Notes: generated from the letters alone by a model not told the origin. A stretch of 63,320 bases of DNA, filler included, from Octopus bimaculoides (GCF_001194135.2; 8 parts of 8 records of this genome joined end to end with filler, not necessarily neighbours in it), one strand, 5' to 3'; numbered from the whole stretch's first letter, positions 26,059-38,218 are shown. Made by a program: numbers and translations.

Positions 26059-26315
26059 TTAAGCAGTTGCCTTCATCTATTGACAGCATCAATGTGAGGG
26101 ATGAGCGTGGCGCTAAATATTTCAAGCAGTTCATCTGGGTGAACCGGTCTTTCGTACGCCTACCTCCATTCGACCCCTTGGCTATCGTCGACTCCCTGTA
26201 AGTCCCTGCGCTCCCCTAGGAGTCCCTCGGACCCCTTTTGGCGAACCTTGGACTAAACAATATGTTCATGTTGGAACAGGACATAAAAACAGCAATTATT
26301 GCAAATAATACTTAC

Positions 26316-26531
26316 ACCATGGAAGATTATTTAATAATACGGAACAATGTCCTGCTTTTTTTTTCCATTTACACTTAAGAATTAACACCTGCAAATCTCC
26401 AATTTCTGATTCTTTAATGACCGATTGTTCATTTTGAGAATCCATATTCGCCACATTATTCTCGACCGTTCTATCAGAACGTAAGTCTTTTACCATTACT
26501 TCTGAAAGAGTTCTTCTATCAGCAATTACAT
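26316..26531 (-). CDS. Cys-module copy 2, exon a' (216 nt, phase 1-1)
   Basis: ttcattctatttacag|ATGTA...CCATGGT|gtaagt. Encodes (D)VIADRRTLSEVMVKDLRSDRTVENNVANMDSQNEQSVIKESEIGDLQVLILKCKWKKKAGHCSVLLNNLPW. About 22/73 identical to exon a by hand alignment (DR, NNVA, ES, GDLQ, CxW, GxC). Confidence 0.75.
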
Positions 26532-26755
26532 CTGTAAATAGAATGAAGTTACAGAAATTACTTAGTTAAGTATGCCAATTCATTATCACATGGATATCGT
26601 GTATAATGAGATACACATATGGTATTGCTTCCCAACCAAATGGTTTCAGGGTATTTTCACTCCACAGCACTTTGGGCAAATATCTTCTAATATGACATCA
26701 ATAACTTCAGGCTTACCAAGCACTCGCGAGTGGATTTGGAAGCCCGTCGCATATG

Positions 26756-26794
<39 letters not shown>

Positions 26795-27791
26795 NNNNNN
26801 NNNNNNNNNNNNNNNNNNNNNNNNNNNNNNNNNNNNNNNNNNNNNNNNNNNNNNNNNNNNNNNNNNNNNNNNNNNNNNNNNNNNNNNNNNNNNNNNNNNN
26901 NNNNNNNNNNNNNNNNNNNNNNNNNNNNNNNNNNNNNNNNNNNNNNNNNNNNNNNNNNNNNNNNNNNNNNNNNNNNNNNNNNNNNNNNNNNNNNNNNNNN
27001 NNNNNNNNNNNNNNNNNNNNNNNNNNNNNNNNNNNNNNNNNNNNNNNNNNNNNNNNNNNNNNNNNNNNNNNNNNNNNNNNNNNNNNNNNNNNNNNNNNNN
27101 NNNNNNNNNNNNNNNNNNNNNNNNNNNNNNNNNNNNNNNNNNNNNNNNNNNNNNNNNNNNNNNNNNNNNNNNNNNNNNNNNNNNNNNNNNNNNNNNNNNN
27201 NNNNNNNNNNNNNNNNNNNNNNNNNNNNNNNNNNNNNNNNNNNNNNNNNNNNNNNNNNNNNNNNNNNNNNNNNNNNNNNNNNNNNNNNNNNNNNNNNNNN
27301 NNNNNNNNNNNNNNNNNNNNNNNNNNNNNNNNNNNNNNNNNNNNNNNNNNNNNNNNNNNNNNNNNNNNNNNNNNNNNNNNNNNNNNNNNNNNNNNNNNNN
27401 NNNNNNNNNNNNNNNNNNNNNNNNNNNNNNNNNNNNNNNNNNNNNNNNNNNNNNNNNNNNNNNNNNNNNNNNNNNNNNNNNNNNNNNNNNNNNNNNNNNN
27501 NNNNNNNNNNNNNNNNNNNNNNNNNNNNNNNNNNNNNNNNNNNNNNNNNNNNNNNNNNNNNNNNNNNNNNNNNNNNNNNNNNNNNNNNNNNNNNNNNNNN
27601 NNNNNNNNNNNNNNNNNNNNNNNNNNNNNNNNNNNNNNNNNNNNNNNNNNNNNNNNNNNNNNNNNNNNNNNNNNNNNNNNNNNNNNNNNNNNNNNNNNNN
27701 NNNNNNNNNNNNNNNNNNNNNNNNNNNNNNNNNNNNNNNNNNNNNNNNNNNNNNNNNNNNNNNNNNNNNNNNNNNNNNNNNNNNNNNNNNN

Positions 27792-27842
<51 letters not shown>

Positions 27843-28438
27843 ATGTATATGGATCAAAACAGTTTGATTTAAATTCGTTGGTACTCCAAGTTCCAAGAGT
27901 GATGCTAATCTTCACCCATTTTGAATTTGAATGAGAGACGTTGACTGCTATTACGCTAAGGCGGCTTGCGATTGGAAGAATAAAGTCAGGCGGTGTCGTC
28001 GTTTGATGTTGGTATACTAGCGACAACAGTTACTTGTAAAATAGCACGTGGTGAACAGGAAACCGACCGAAGGTAATTCGTCACGTGGTTGGTGAGGAAG
28101 TAAGAAAGCGTGGTATGCGCAATTATATACTTGTATATGTGAGAGTTTGAACGTCGTCAAATGGTTTTGTGTGAGTCTGTATTTATGCGAGCGTGCACAT
28201 CTGTGTATGGGCGCGCAGGCAGACGCCTCCTCCATACACACACATGAACGAATATATGCGCGCAAGGGCGCAAGAGTGCGCCTTCTTATCACATTCAGCA
28301 CAGACACACATGCATATGTGTGTATATATACATATATGCATATATACACACATATATGCATACATACGCATGCACACACAGACACATACACGTGCATATG
28401 CGTATTCTCTTATATGAATATATGTATATATGTAGATA

Positions 28439-28498
<60 letters not shown>

Positions 28499-29310
28499 AC
28501 GGGACTCTTTTAGTCTCCGTCTATCAAATCCATGGAAGCTGGGCAACCGGTGTAAGGAAGGTAAAACAAGAAAATAAAACAGATAGATAGACAAAAGTCC
28601 TGAAAATTATTGGGAAGGGGATAATAGATTACCTTAATTCCAGTGCCCAACTGATACTTATTTTATAAACCTACAAAAGAATGAAAAGCAAAGTCAACTA
28701 CATCGGAATTTGAACTCAGAATATAAGAACGGAAGAAATGCCTTTAAGCAGCTTGTCCGATAATTTTCGATATGTAAATTAGAAGGTCTATGGTTGAATC
28801 GTTAGCTGGTTAAATCGTTAACACGCGTGGCAAACTGCTAAGTGGCATTTCGTCCGTCTTTACGTTCTGAGTTCAAAATTCGGCGAGGTCGACTTTGCCT
28901 CTTGACCTTTCGGGGTCCATAAAACGAGTACCAGTTGAATATGAGGGGCGGGGGCGATATAATTGACTTACTCACTTCCCCGTCATTGCTAGCCTTGTGC
29001 CAAATTTTGAAACCAAATTAAAATGTCAATGATAACCAATGACAAATGAGATAGGGGTGCTTGCAGTTCTTGGAACCAACTATTGAACTGGAAATTTATC
29101 CGTTGTGAAAAACCGTGGACGAGCATCGGATTATTATAAACAGTTCTTTAATACTCTTGAAATTTTGATATTCCGTTGTATATTTAACTGTCGATTCAAC
29201 AATCAGTTGTGACTCAAACATATTGATACCAACTTAATCCACTCATATAATAAAAAGTAGGAACAATGTTAGTGTTTTACATAATATTCGCTGGGATATT
29301 TCCATAATAT

Positions 29311-29737
29311 AGGCGGAGGAGTGGCTGTGTGGTAAGTAGCTTGCTTACCAACCACATTATTCCGGGTTCAGTCCCACTGCGTGGCACTTTGGGCAAGTGT
29401 CTTCTACTATAGCCTCGGGCCGACCAAAGCCTTGTGAGTGGATTTGGTAGACGGAAACTAAAAGAAGACCGTCGTATATATGTATATGTATATATATATA
29501 TCTGTGTGTGTGTTTATGTGTCTGTGTTTGTCCCCCCAACATCGCTTGACAACCGATGCTGGTGTGTTTACGTCCCCATAACTTAGCGGTTCGGCAAAAG
29601 AGACCGATAGTATAAGTACTAGGCTTACAAAGAATAAATCCTAGGGTCAATTTGCTCGACTAAAGGTGGTGTTCTAGCATGGCCGCAATCAAATGACTGT
29701 AACAAGTAAAAGAGTAAAGAGTAAAGAGTAAAGAGTA
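29311..29737 (+). mobile_element. tRNA-derived SINE family A (full copy)
   Basis: A-box-like TGGCTGTGTGG, B-box-like GGTTCAGTCC, internal (TA)n/(TG)n tract and (AAGAGTA)n tail. Other copies: 640-1045(-), 13725-14220(+), 18570-19011(+, two heads), 23350-23758(+), 24200-24340(-), 37525-37945(-), 39255-39657(-), 42591-43010(+), 51225-51455(-). Confidence 0.9.
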
Positions 29738-29969
29738 ATTCTACATTTGCAAGTTGGTGCAAAAATTAATGTTAATGAAATGAAAGCCAAACGTATACAA
29801 CATAAAGAAATTAATCGCATATTTATTGAGCAGAAAACAGTTCTTATATTTATATTATTTAATCATTTAAAAGATTTAAGCATTATGTTCAATCAATGTG
29901 TTTCATTTATATCAAATTCTTCGTATTTTCTTCCCACCGATTATAAACATTTGAAAATTTCACATAAAT

Positions 29970-30004
<35 letters not shown>

Positions 30005-30084
30005 TTCATGCATTCATTTCAAAAATCTTTGCTTCTAAGCATTTTTGTACCAAATGAGAGAATTTTCTTTCTGATTTTCCTTAC

Positions 30085-30357
30085 CGAGATATCCGTCATT
30101 GTAAAGTTGGTCAATATCAAACCCTTGTAAATCTAAGGGATTTTTAATATTTGGACTCAAGTTTTTCACAGGGCGATTTTCATTGGAGTGCCAGCCCTTG
30201 TTGCTGCAACCAAGATTCGATGAATAATGGTGGAATCCAGTATTATAGACTATTCGGAAACATGATTTGATATTTTGGCTGGATCTTACTACCGAGACTG
30301 TAAGCGTCAGATGTAGATAACCAGAAGCATATCCGAACGTCATGGTGCCTGAACCTC
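30085..30357 (-). CDS. Cys-module gene, copy 1, exon c (273 nt, phase 1-1)
   Basis: ccgtgttttacag|GAGGT...TATCTCG|gtaagg. Encodes (R)GSGTMTFGYASGYLHLTLTVSVVRSSQNIKSCFRIVYNTGFHHYSSNLGCSNKGWHSNENRPVKNLSPNIKNPLDLQGFDIDQLYNDGYL; 91 codons open in one frame. Confidence 0.78.
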
Positions 30358-30445
30358 CTGTAAAACACGGAAAATTATTTGAATTCGCGATTAAAAAACA
30401 AGTAAAGAAATTGATATCTAAATCCATATATATGTACCATTCTTC

Positions 30446-30531
<86 letters not shown>

Positions 30532-31786
30532 GAACACCAAAAGCGAAATAAGCTGTTTGATTTTCAAAGAGGATGTATGATAGGTTAGTCAGACAGTTTA
30601 TAACTGTTTTAAGTTAACTTCCTCTTTATCTCTCCTCCTCATCCCCCTTCACTGTTTCTGTCAGTCTTTCTCTCACATTGTGTGTATATGTTTAGCGTTC
30701 ATTTACTCGGTACACGCTATAAAGCCTTGCGTGTGCATTCGCCCTGCATCTCTAACGATAACTCGCATTTTATCTTTCTTTTACGCTCTCTTCCCCACCT
30801 TCCCCGCCTCACTCCTTACGATGTAAAGCGTGACTAGAGAAACAATAAATCAACCAACTAACCAGCCAACCAACTAAACAAACAAAGAAACAAACCAACA
30901 AGCAAATGACTAACCAATATTTATATCGATTATTAAATACAAATTTGTTTCATCACAAGATTTTAGATCAAAATTTGTGCACGACAAATTCAAAATCAAA
31001 AAGTTAATTTCAAATGTGTGGGGAGATTCCAATCTCTGCGATTCAGGGAATGGCAAAGATTGGAAACTCAGAAGAAAACAGAACAATATAATATTAGTAA
31101 GAAAGGATTTAAGATAGAGGGAGAAACATGGCATAGTAATTCAAACTACGCACACATGGTGATGGTCAACTGGTGACCGAGTATGACCGCTTCCTGTAAA
31201 CCCAGCAAGTCCATGCAAACGTTCCGAGAGACCAAGGAGTTCTTGAACGTTAGTTTTGAGTAGGTAAAGTGTTTCACAACATTCTGCTCACATTTCAGCT
31301 TCACAGAGCTTCATGACCAGGAACCGATTGCACTTTAGACCTCGAAGGAAGATCTAAAGAGAATTAGGGGTTGTTCTCTCCCAGTGGTTCATATGGCAAT
31401 TAACCTGGGTTCCATACTCCTACCGGATGCAATGTAAGGAGACATACTCATACATACATGCACACATACATACACACACACGGATACTCACTCTCACACT
31501 TTTTCAAACACGCACACATTTATATATAAATGATAACAGAATGGTCGACTCCACATTACTTAAAATGTTGTGGGTGCAGAATACACCATATCATCTGACA
31601 TTAGGGCTCAGATTGGTAACAGGATTATAAGAAGATTTAAATCTTTATTACGAAGAAAGCAACATTAATTACTTGGTAACCGACTAAGGGATTTGTTTTT
31701 TAAATTCAGGAAAATAAAGAATTATTAGTATGATTTTTAAAAGAAATTAACACTATCTCATTAACGCACAATATAATTATACTCAC

Positions 31787-31870
31787 TGAGATATTTCTGT
31801 TTAAATGTGTAACCATTTCGCGACGCCTCTATAAACATTCCGTTTCCGATAACTGACAATTGAACGCATA
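31787..31870 (-). CDS. Cys-module gene, copy 1, exon b (84 nt, phase 1-1)
   Basis: aattttttttcag|TATGC...TATCTCA|gtgagt. Encodes (L)CVQLSVIGNGMFIEASRNGYTFKQKYL. Needed to avoid a T+GA stop if exon a spliced directly to exon c; same length as paralog 25122-25205. Confidence 0.78.
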
Positions 31871-31915
31871 CTGAAAAAAAATTAACGAAATTTGATTTAA
31901 TGAAATATATATATA

Positions 31916-32480
31916 CGAGGGATGTTCATTAAATATTTCTACTGACCCACTTTCCAAAGACTGAGATAAGCAAAACTTGACATAATTATAAGTCCTTCTC
32001 TGCATAGCCACCAATGGTGACAGACTTCTCCCAGTGTTGTGAAGACCTCGTCTGTAGAAGTTGCTAGGTTGTATCTGGAGCCAAGACTTTACCTCGGAAA
32101 TAAGTTCATCATTCTCTTAAAAATGTTTCCCCTTCAAAAAAGACTTCATGATTGAAAATAGGTGGGAGTCATATGGTGCGAGGTCGGGAGAGTAAGGGGG
32201 ATGAGGAAGGATTTCATGGCCGCAGGAGTGTGCTTTCATTTGGGCAACATACGCATTGTGAACTGAGGCGTTGTCTTGGAGTAGGCGGACTCCTTTGGTC
32301 AGAATGCCACCCTCTCTACTTTGATGGTATCCTGCAATTAATTGTGGTGCCCTTTGCCAGAAAATCCATCATCACTACTCCGCACTAGTCACAAAAAACT
32401 ATGAGCATCACCTTGCCTGCTGAGGGTTGGACACGAGCCTTCATTGGAGGTGGTGAATTATCATGCTTCCATTGCTTCGA
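31916..32480 (-). mobile_element. Mariner (DD34D) transposase 3' half with one terminus
   Basis: AGKVMLIVFCD, then LLQDNASVHNAY...LPHPPYSPDLAPYD with 34 residues between the two Asp; terminus TA-CGAGGGATGTTCA at 31914-31928. Confidence 0.88.
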
Positions 32481-32492
32481 CTAGACTTTAGG

Positions 32493-32606
32493 CTTGAGAA
32501 GTACATGGAATCTTGAGAAGTACATGGAATCTTGAGAAGTACATGGAATCTTGAGAAGTACATGGAATATTGAGAAGTACATGGAATCTTGAGAAGTACA
32601 TGGAAC
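32493..32606 (+). repeat. 19-bp tandem repeat x6 (CTTGAGAAGTACATGGAAT)
   Basis: Units start at 32493, 32512, 32531, 32550, 32569 (C>A) and 32588. Confidence 0.95.
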
Positions 32607-32790
32607 AACTAGGGGCTGCAATAAACGTGGAGCACTTGCAGAAAACAGCGCTGCTTGGAACCGCTCGAATACTCCGAAAGGTGCTCGAAAAATAAGGGGT
32701 GTTACCTTAGTTCACTGGTAATGAACAACTGACACCCTAGTACATCTCCAGCATTAGAAGCTGTGCAAGGACAATGATGATAATAATAAA
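32493..32790 (+). mobile_element. Very short 5'-truncated R4/Dong-like 3' end with a tandemly repeated 5' junction
   Basis: LEKYMEQLGAAINVEHLQKTALLGTARILRKVLEK*, then a 3' UTR and a TGA/TAA-rich tail; the first 19 nt occur six times. Confidence 0.8.
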
Positions 32791-33305
32791 ATAAATATTG
32801 AGATGGTTCGACTAAAAGTGGTGCCCCAGCATGGCGGTTGTGGAATGGCTGAAATAAATAAAAGGTGAAACGTAGAAGATATTATCTCACGTTAAACAGT
32901 TACTGCTGTTTACCGAATTGTTTCGAAATTACGTCGTTAGTTTCCTATGGGAAACAGATGCAGGAAATATGCTTTCAATGATAACTATCCCTGTGGTTAT
33001 GTATCATTATATTATATACTAAGCTGAAATAGTTTACAATAATTTCTTTTACTATACAAACATAAAAATCGTAATTATATTTAAGCAGGAAGTGAATGGC
33101 GAAAGGGAAATGTTAGCATTCAAGCAATTTTAAGAGGGATTTATTAAGGGTAGCGGTTAGGTTAAAATTGGGGTAGAACTGAGATGTGATATATTCTCCG
33201 AAACTTGAGTTCAGACTGTTTTCAAACTGCTCTTATGCTAACTGAATATATACACTGGTATGCGTATTTTTACGTGAATATATACGCACATGCATATATG
33301 CACAT

Positions 33306-33353
<48 letters not shown>

Positions 33354-34004
33354 GTAAGTATGTATGTGTTTATGCGTATATGTTTGTATGTATGTCTATA
33401 TATATATACATATAGGCCCGTCCTTTGGTACAAGGATGTATTGAAGCACTCACTAAAATATCTACGGCTTAATTTGACATCTTGCGAACGTTACTGGCGA
33501 TCTGCATGGCGTAAAATGTGTCATGATGCGTCAAAGCAATTTTAGCTGAACAAAAAGAACACTAACAGTACTATATCCTACAGGGAACAGAGACATTCTA
33601 CCAATCCCAAGCAAAATCAAAACCATCATTGTCTCCATTTTGAAATCATAATAAAACCCATAGCTGGCCTCAAATTACATTCACGCATCCATCGCCAACA
33701 GATAGAGCTTCTTTCATTTTTGAAGCAGATATTTCTTTTTTCTTCTTTATATGTGTGTATGTGTGAGTGTGTGTGTATTTAGCAGGAAACAAGGAAAGAT
33801 ACTGAAGGTTAAAGTTCAAAGGGTTTCGGCACGGTGGAGTAGAGTCAACTATGAGGTAGAAGATTGGAGCAGTTCTTAGTGTGTATTTGGCTCAAATAGA
33901 TATGTAAAATTCCTAGGATGACAAAGTTACAAGTGACAGAAACGAAAGGTGGATGTAAAACTTCAAATGTGTTTTGTTCAGAGAGAAGAAAAACCTATGC
34001 TTAC

Positions 34005-34223
34005 ATCTTTTGATATAATACAGATATGAACAACATTTTCCTATGTTACTTCTCCAAGAACAGCTCATTACTGCTCCGAGTTGCAAATCACCGTATTTGG
34101 ATTCTCCAGTGGTCAATTGGTTATTCTCAGTATCGATATCTGCCACGTTATTCTGGAAGATTCGATCAACCTGAATCTTCTCTATCTTTTTCTCCAAAAG
34201 TGCCTTCGCAGCAATATTCGTTT
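34005..34223 (-). CDS. Unannotated Cys-module gene, copy 1, exon a (219 nt, phase 1-1)
   Basis: tttattacatttacag|AAACG...AAAAGAT|gtaagc. Encodes (E)TNIAAKALLEKKIEKIQVDRIFQNNVADIDTENNQLTTGESKYGDLQLGAVMSCSWRSNIGKCCSYLYYIKR. Paralogous to 26316-26531. Confidence 0.8.
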
Positions 34224-34359
34224 CTGTAAATGTAATAAAGGGAAAATAATTAGCGAATAAAATATAAGTATTTAATATGAGATGGCAGTAAGGTGTAATG
34301 AGATAGACGTATACGCCCCGCATGCATGTGTGTGTGCATGCATGTACATTTAGATTGAT

Positions 34360-34398
<39 letters not shown>

Positions 34399-34417
<19 letters not shown>

Positions 34418-34650
34418 TGAGGCGGCGAGCTGGCAGAAACGTTAGCACACCGGGAGAAATGCTTAACTGTATTTCGTCTGCCGCTACGTTCTGAGTTCAA
34501 ATTCCGCAGAGTTCCACTTTGCCTTTCATCCTTTCGGAGTCGATTAAATAAGTACCACTTACGCACTGTGGTCGATATAATCAACTTAATCCGTTTGTCT
34601 GTCCTTGTTTGCCCCCTCTGTCTGTAGCCCCTTGTGGGCAGTAAAGAAAT
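34399..34650 (+). mobile_element. tRNA-derived SINE family B (full copy), flanked on both sides by (GATA)n
   Basis: GGCGGCGAGCTGGCAGAAACGTTAGC head and GAGTTCAAATTCC B box. Other copies: 13903-14130(+), 21710-21910(+), 28600-28760(-), 28815-29015(+), 37075-37210(+), 38582-38735(-), 43025-43130(-), 47075-47280(+), 50170-50478(-). Confidence 0.88.
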
Positions 34651-34651
34651 G

Positions 34652-34686
<35 letters not shown>

Positions 34687-35139
34687 GTAGGAGAGAGAGA
34701 GATGAATATTTAGGTATGTACATTTTTATGAAGGTACGCAGCTCGCTAGATTAGTAGATATATATTCTTGATTATATAAATTCTTGATTATAGAATTCTA
34801 GATATAGATTATAGGTTCTAGATATAGATTCTTGATTATGTGCCTGTGTGTGCGTGTATATAGTTCATGGATCTAATATAGGTAGAATCAACAAAAAAAG
34901 TATTTCGTCCAGTGAGAGAGAAATATTGATTTAATACACATACCGGAAGAGCTACTAATAGTTTCATACATTCATGATACTTTAAAAAGGCATATTTCTA
35001 ACATACGCCATATTATATCTCCAATAAACTACATCCATTGGCAGAGCTCCAGTTCGGGAGTCTAGGAGCTGTGGGGAATGGGGAGTTGCCACTTAGTTGT
35101 CATCACTCCCAGATGTGTTATAGCTCGGAATGGTAGTAC

Positions 35140-36520
35140 ATGATAGAGCCCCTTTTATGGGTTAAATAGTTGCCTTTCTCGAGTGGCGCTGGTAAGCTAT
35201 TATCAACCACTGAAAATATCCATGGAGAGTGTACTTAACAGCGCTAGGGTTAGAGGCCATAACTACAATGTCGTGGAGCAGCATGGTCGTTATGACTCTC
35301 CTGGTTTAGAGCCACAACGAGGGCCAGTGGACGATGGACCGCTGAGACATGATGGACTACTGAGACAAATATAAAGAACACGTTTTTGTCCGGCAAACGA
35401 ACCAAAAAATTCGGTACTCTGAATGTGAAGATTGTTCAGACGTTGGCGAAGAGTTGGGTCATCTGATTGAGGAGTGTGGTATGCAGATACTTGCGATCCA
35501 AGAACACAGGGTCCTACACGATGAGTCCCTGAATAGAGTGATGATTGGAAAGGAGAGCCAGCTCATCACCACATCAGTAGTAAAGAACACGACTGGTACT
35601 GCCGTAGGAGGAGTGGGTTTTGTGTGCAGTGAAAGAGCCAATCTGTTAGTGAGGAAAATGATACTTGCCTCCCCGTGTGTGTTGAGGGTGACCTTCGATG
35701 GAAACTCAAGGATGGGTTTTCATAGACCAAGTCTATAGTCCAACCAAGGGGAACAGTGATGCGAGTGTGGAAGAGTTCCATGAGGAAGTGTGTAGAACTG
35801 TCAACACCACACCAGCTCGTTCTGGGTGACCTCAATACACATCTGAATAAGGAGAGCGGTGAAGATCCTTGCTAGTACTTCCATAACAACACCAATCGAA
35901 TTGGGAGACTACTGAGGGACCCCCTGCCCCTAGTGGAGACGAACTTGATGGCAGCCAGCCCAACATTTAAGAAGAATCCGGGGAAAATTTGGACCTGCAT
36001 TTCTGATAAGCACCTGTCCAGGTCCCAGACTGATTTGATTCTGGTGAGGAAGAAGAGGAGGAATAGTATTCTAAACACAGAACCATATAACTATTTCAGA
36101 GCTTAAGAAAGAGTAAGATTAAGCCCCAGAGAGCAATCTATGAGTGGGGAGCTTTCAGTGAAGATAATAGCTAAAGAAGAGGTACACAGTAGAAGCGGGG
36201 AACAGTTCAGTGGTTTGTATGGAGAAGCAGAGAAGTGAGAGATTGGAGGGACTGAGCAGAACGTGACGAGGAGGTACGGGTACTTCACCAAAGCAGCGGC
36301 AAAAGCAAGTGAGGTCCTGGTGCCGAGGCGAGAGAAGAAGAGGGACGTCAGCTTTGCAGACCCAAATGTGTGTGCAGCTAGAGAACATCTGAAAGCTGCC
36401 AAGGTGGAAGAGAGGAAGGAGAATGTTAGGGGTGATGAAGGAAGAACCCTGTACCGCTTACACTGATGCCAGAGAGGAGGCACTGATGGAGAAGATCAGA
36501 AGTGTGGACAGTGCTGGAGA
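35140..36520 (+). mobile_element. Degenerate APE-type LINE 5' part (RTE/RTEX-like; clade uncertain)
   Basis: AP-endonuclease motifs FGTLNV, ILAIQEHR, GGVGF, GDLNTHL, NTNRIGRLL and SQTDLILVRK, with frameshifts and stops. Confidence 0.75.
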
Positions 36521-36615
36521 TTTGCTCGACTACAACCGTAAAGCGGTGCCCCAGCATGGCTGCTGTTACATATATATATATGTGTGTGTGTGTGTGTGCC
36601 CCAGCATGGCTGCTG

Positions 36616-36669
<54 letters not shown>

Positions 36670-37724
36670 AACAAACAATCGAGTATTGTTACGCACCGCT
36701 GGTCACAATGCGCTCCCTCGATCTGTTTTTGCTTTCAAATGATGCCGCCCCGCTGAGGCGGACAAGTCTATGGCGAATAAGTAACCCAGACCAAGGCATT
36801 CCTCGTGAACGCAACGCCAATCCTTTACAGATTTATTCCTTTGCAGCTAAGTGGACTAAAACTAGTTTTTTTTTTGTTTGTTTTTTTTTTTACATAAGAA
36901 CAGAACGCAGCTTCTGGTTCGAGAATCGAAGCCACGATCGCAACATTGAGTGTACAACACCCTGACCACTAGACTATTCTCAAAAATATATACTTCGATT
37001 GATTACTTACTTATATTAATTACCGTTATGGTAGAGATACCGTATATTAACCTTAATGCTCGTTTGAAGAAAAGAGTGGCGAGCTTGGAAGAGTCTTTAG
37101 GACACCGGGAAAAAATGTTTAGCAGTATTTCGTCCGCCTTTACGGCTTCGGTACGAAACCCGGAAAGGTCGACTTCAACTTTTATTGTTTCGAGTCGATA
37201 AAATAAGAACTAGTTGAGCTCAGGGAACGTTGGCATCCGTCCTTTGCAGGGTTTGAGCCCAGCCATTTTGATGGGAGTGGTCGTGGGGGACGAGACGATT
37301 ATATCGATAACAGTATATTTCCTATATATATAAACATATATAGAAAATAAAGAGGGTAGGAAAATTATAGAAATTTTTCTACCAGTGGCTAGCATGGTAC
37401 ATATAAATAGTCAATAGACAACATATTTCTCATATAAAATAAGTGTACATTTAAAGACAAAAGAGGTGTCCTGTTAGGGTCACCTCTATTGTGTTTAAAT
37501 GTACACTTATTTTATATATTATTCTTCTATTTGTTTGAGTCATTTGACTGCGGTCATGCTGAAACACCGCCTTTAGTCTAACAAATCGACCTCCAGGACT
37601 TATTCTTTGTAAGCCTAGTACTTATCCTTGGGTCTCTTTTGCCGAACTGCTAGGTGACGGGGACGTAAAAACACCACCATTGGTTGTCATTCGATGTTGT
37701 GGGGACAAGCACAGACACACAAAC

Positions 37725-37782
<58 letters not shown>

Positions 37783-38165
37783 GACGGGCTTCTTTCAGTT
37801 TCCGTCTACCAAATCCACTCAGAAGGCTTTGGTCGGCCCGAGAATATAATAGAAGACACTTGCCGAAGGTGTCACACTGTGGAACTGAACCCAGAACCAT
37901 GTGGTTGGTAAGCAAGCTATTTCCCACACAGCCACTCCTGTACCTCTATATCTATCTATATATATANNNNNNNNNNNNNNNNNNNNNNNNNNNNNNNNNN
38001 NNNNNNNNNNTTAATTAATTAANNNNNNNNNNNNNNNNNNNNNNNNNNNNNNNNNNNNNNNNNNNNTTCTCTGCCCTAGGTGTACGGAAAACACTCGGCG
38101 AGAAATGGGAAAAAATTTGAAGAAAGAAGAAAAAAAAACATAAAAATAATAATAATAATGATAAC

Positions 38166-38212
<47 letters not shown>

Positions 38213-38218
38213 TAATAA

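Noticed and set aside
29311-29390. tRNA-like sequences
   Set aside because: They have A/B boxes but no complete cloverleaf and continue into SINE bodies, so they are SINE heads.
32493-32606. CRISPR-like array
   Set aside because: The repeats are contiguous with no spacers, the context is eukaryotic, and the unit derives from LINE coding sequence.
30355-34005. Selenocysteine-like UGA formed by splicing exon a (T) directly to exon c (GA)
   Set aside because: The intervening 84-nt exon b removes the UGA and has a same-size paralog in copy 2; no SECIS element was identified.
34930-34970. MKLLVALP|gtatgt (minus strand) as the signal-peptide exon of copy 1
   Set aside because: The donor is phase 0, whereas exon a needs phase 1, and no bridging exon was found.
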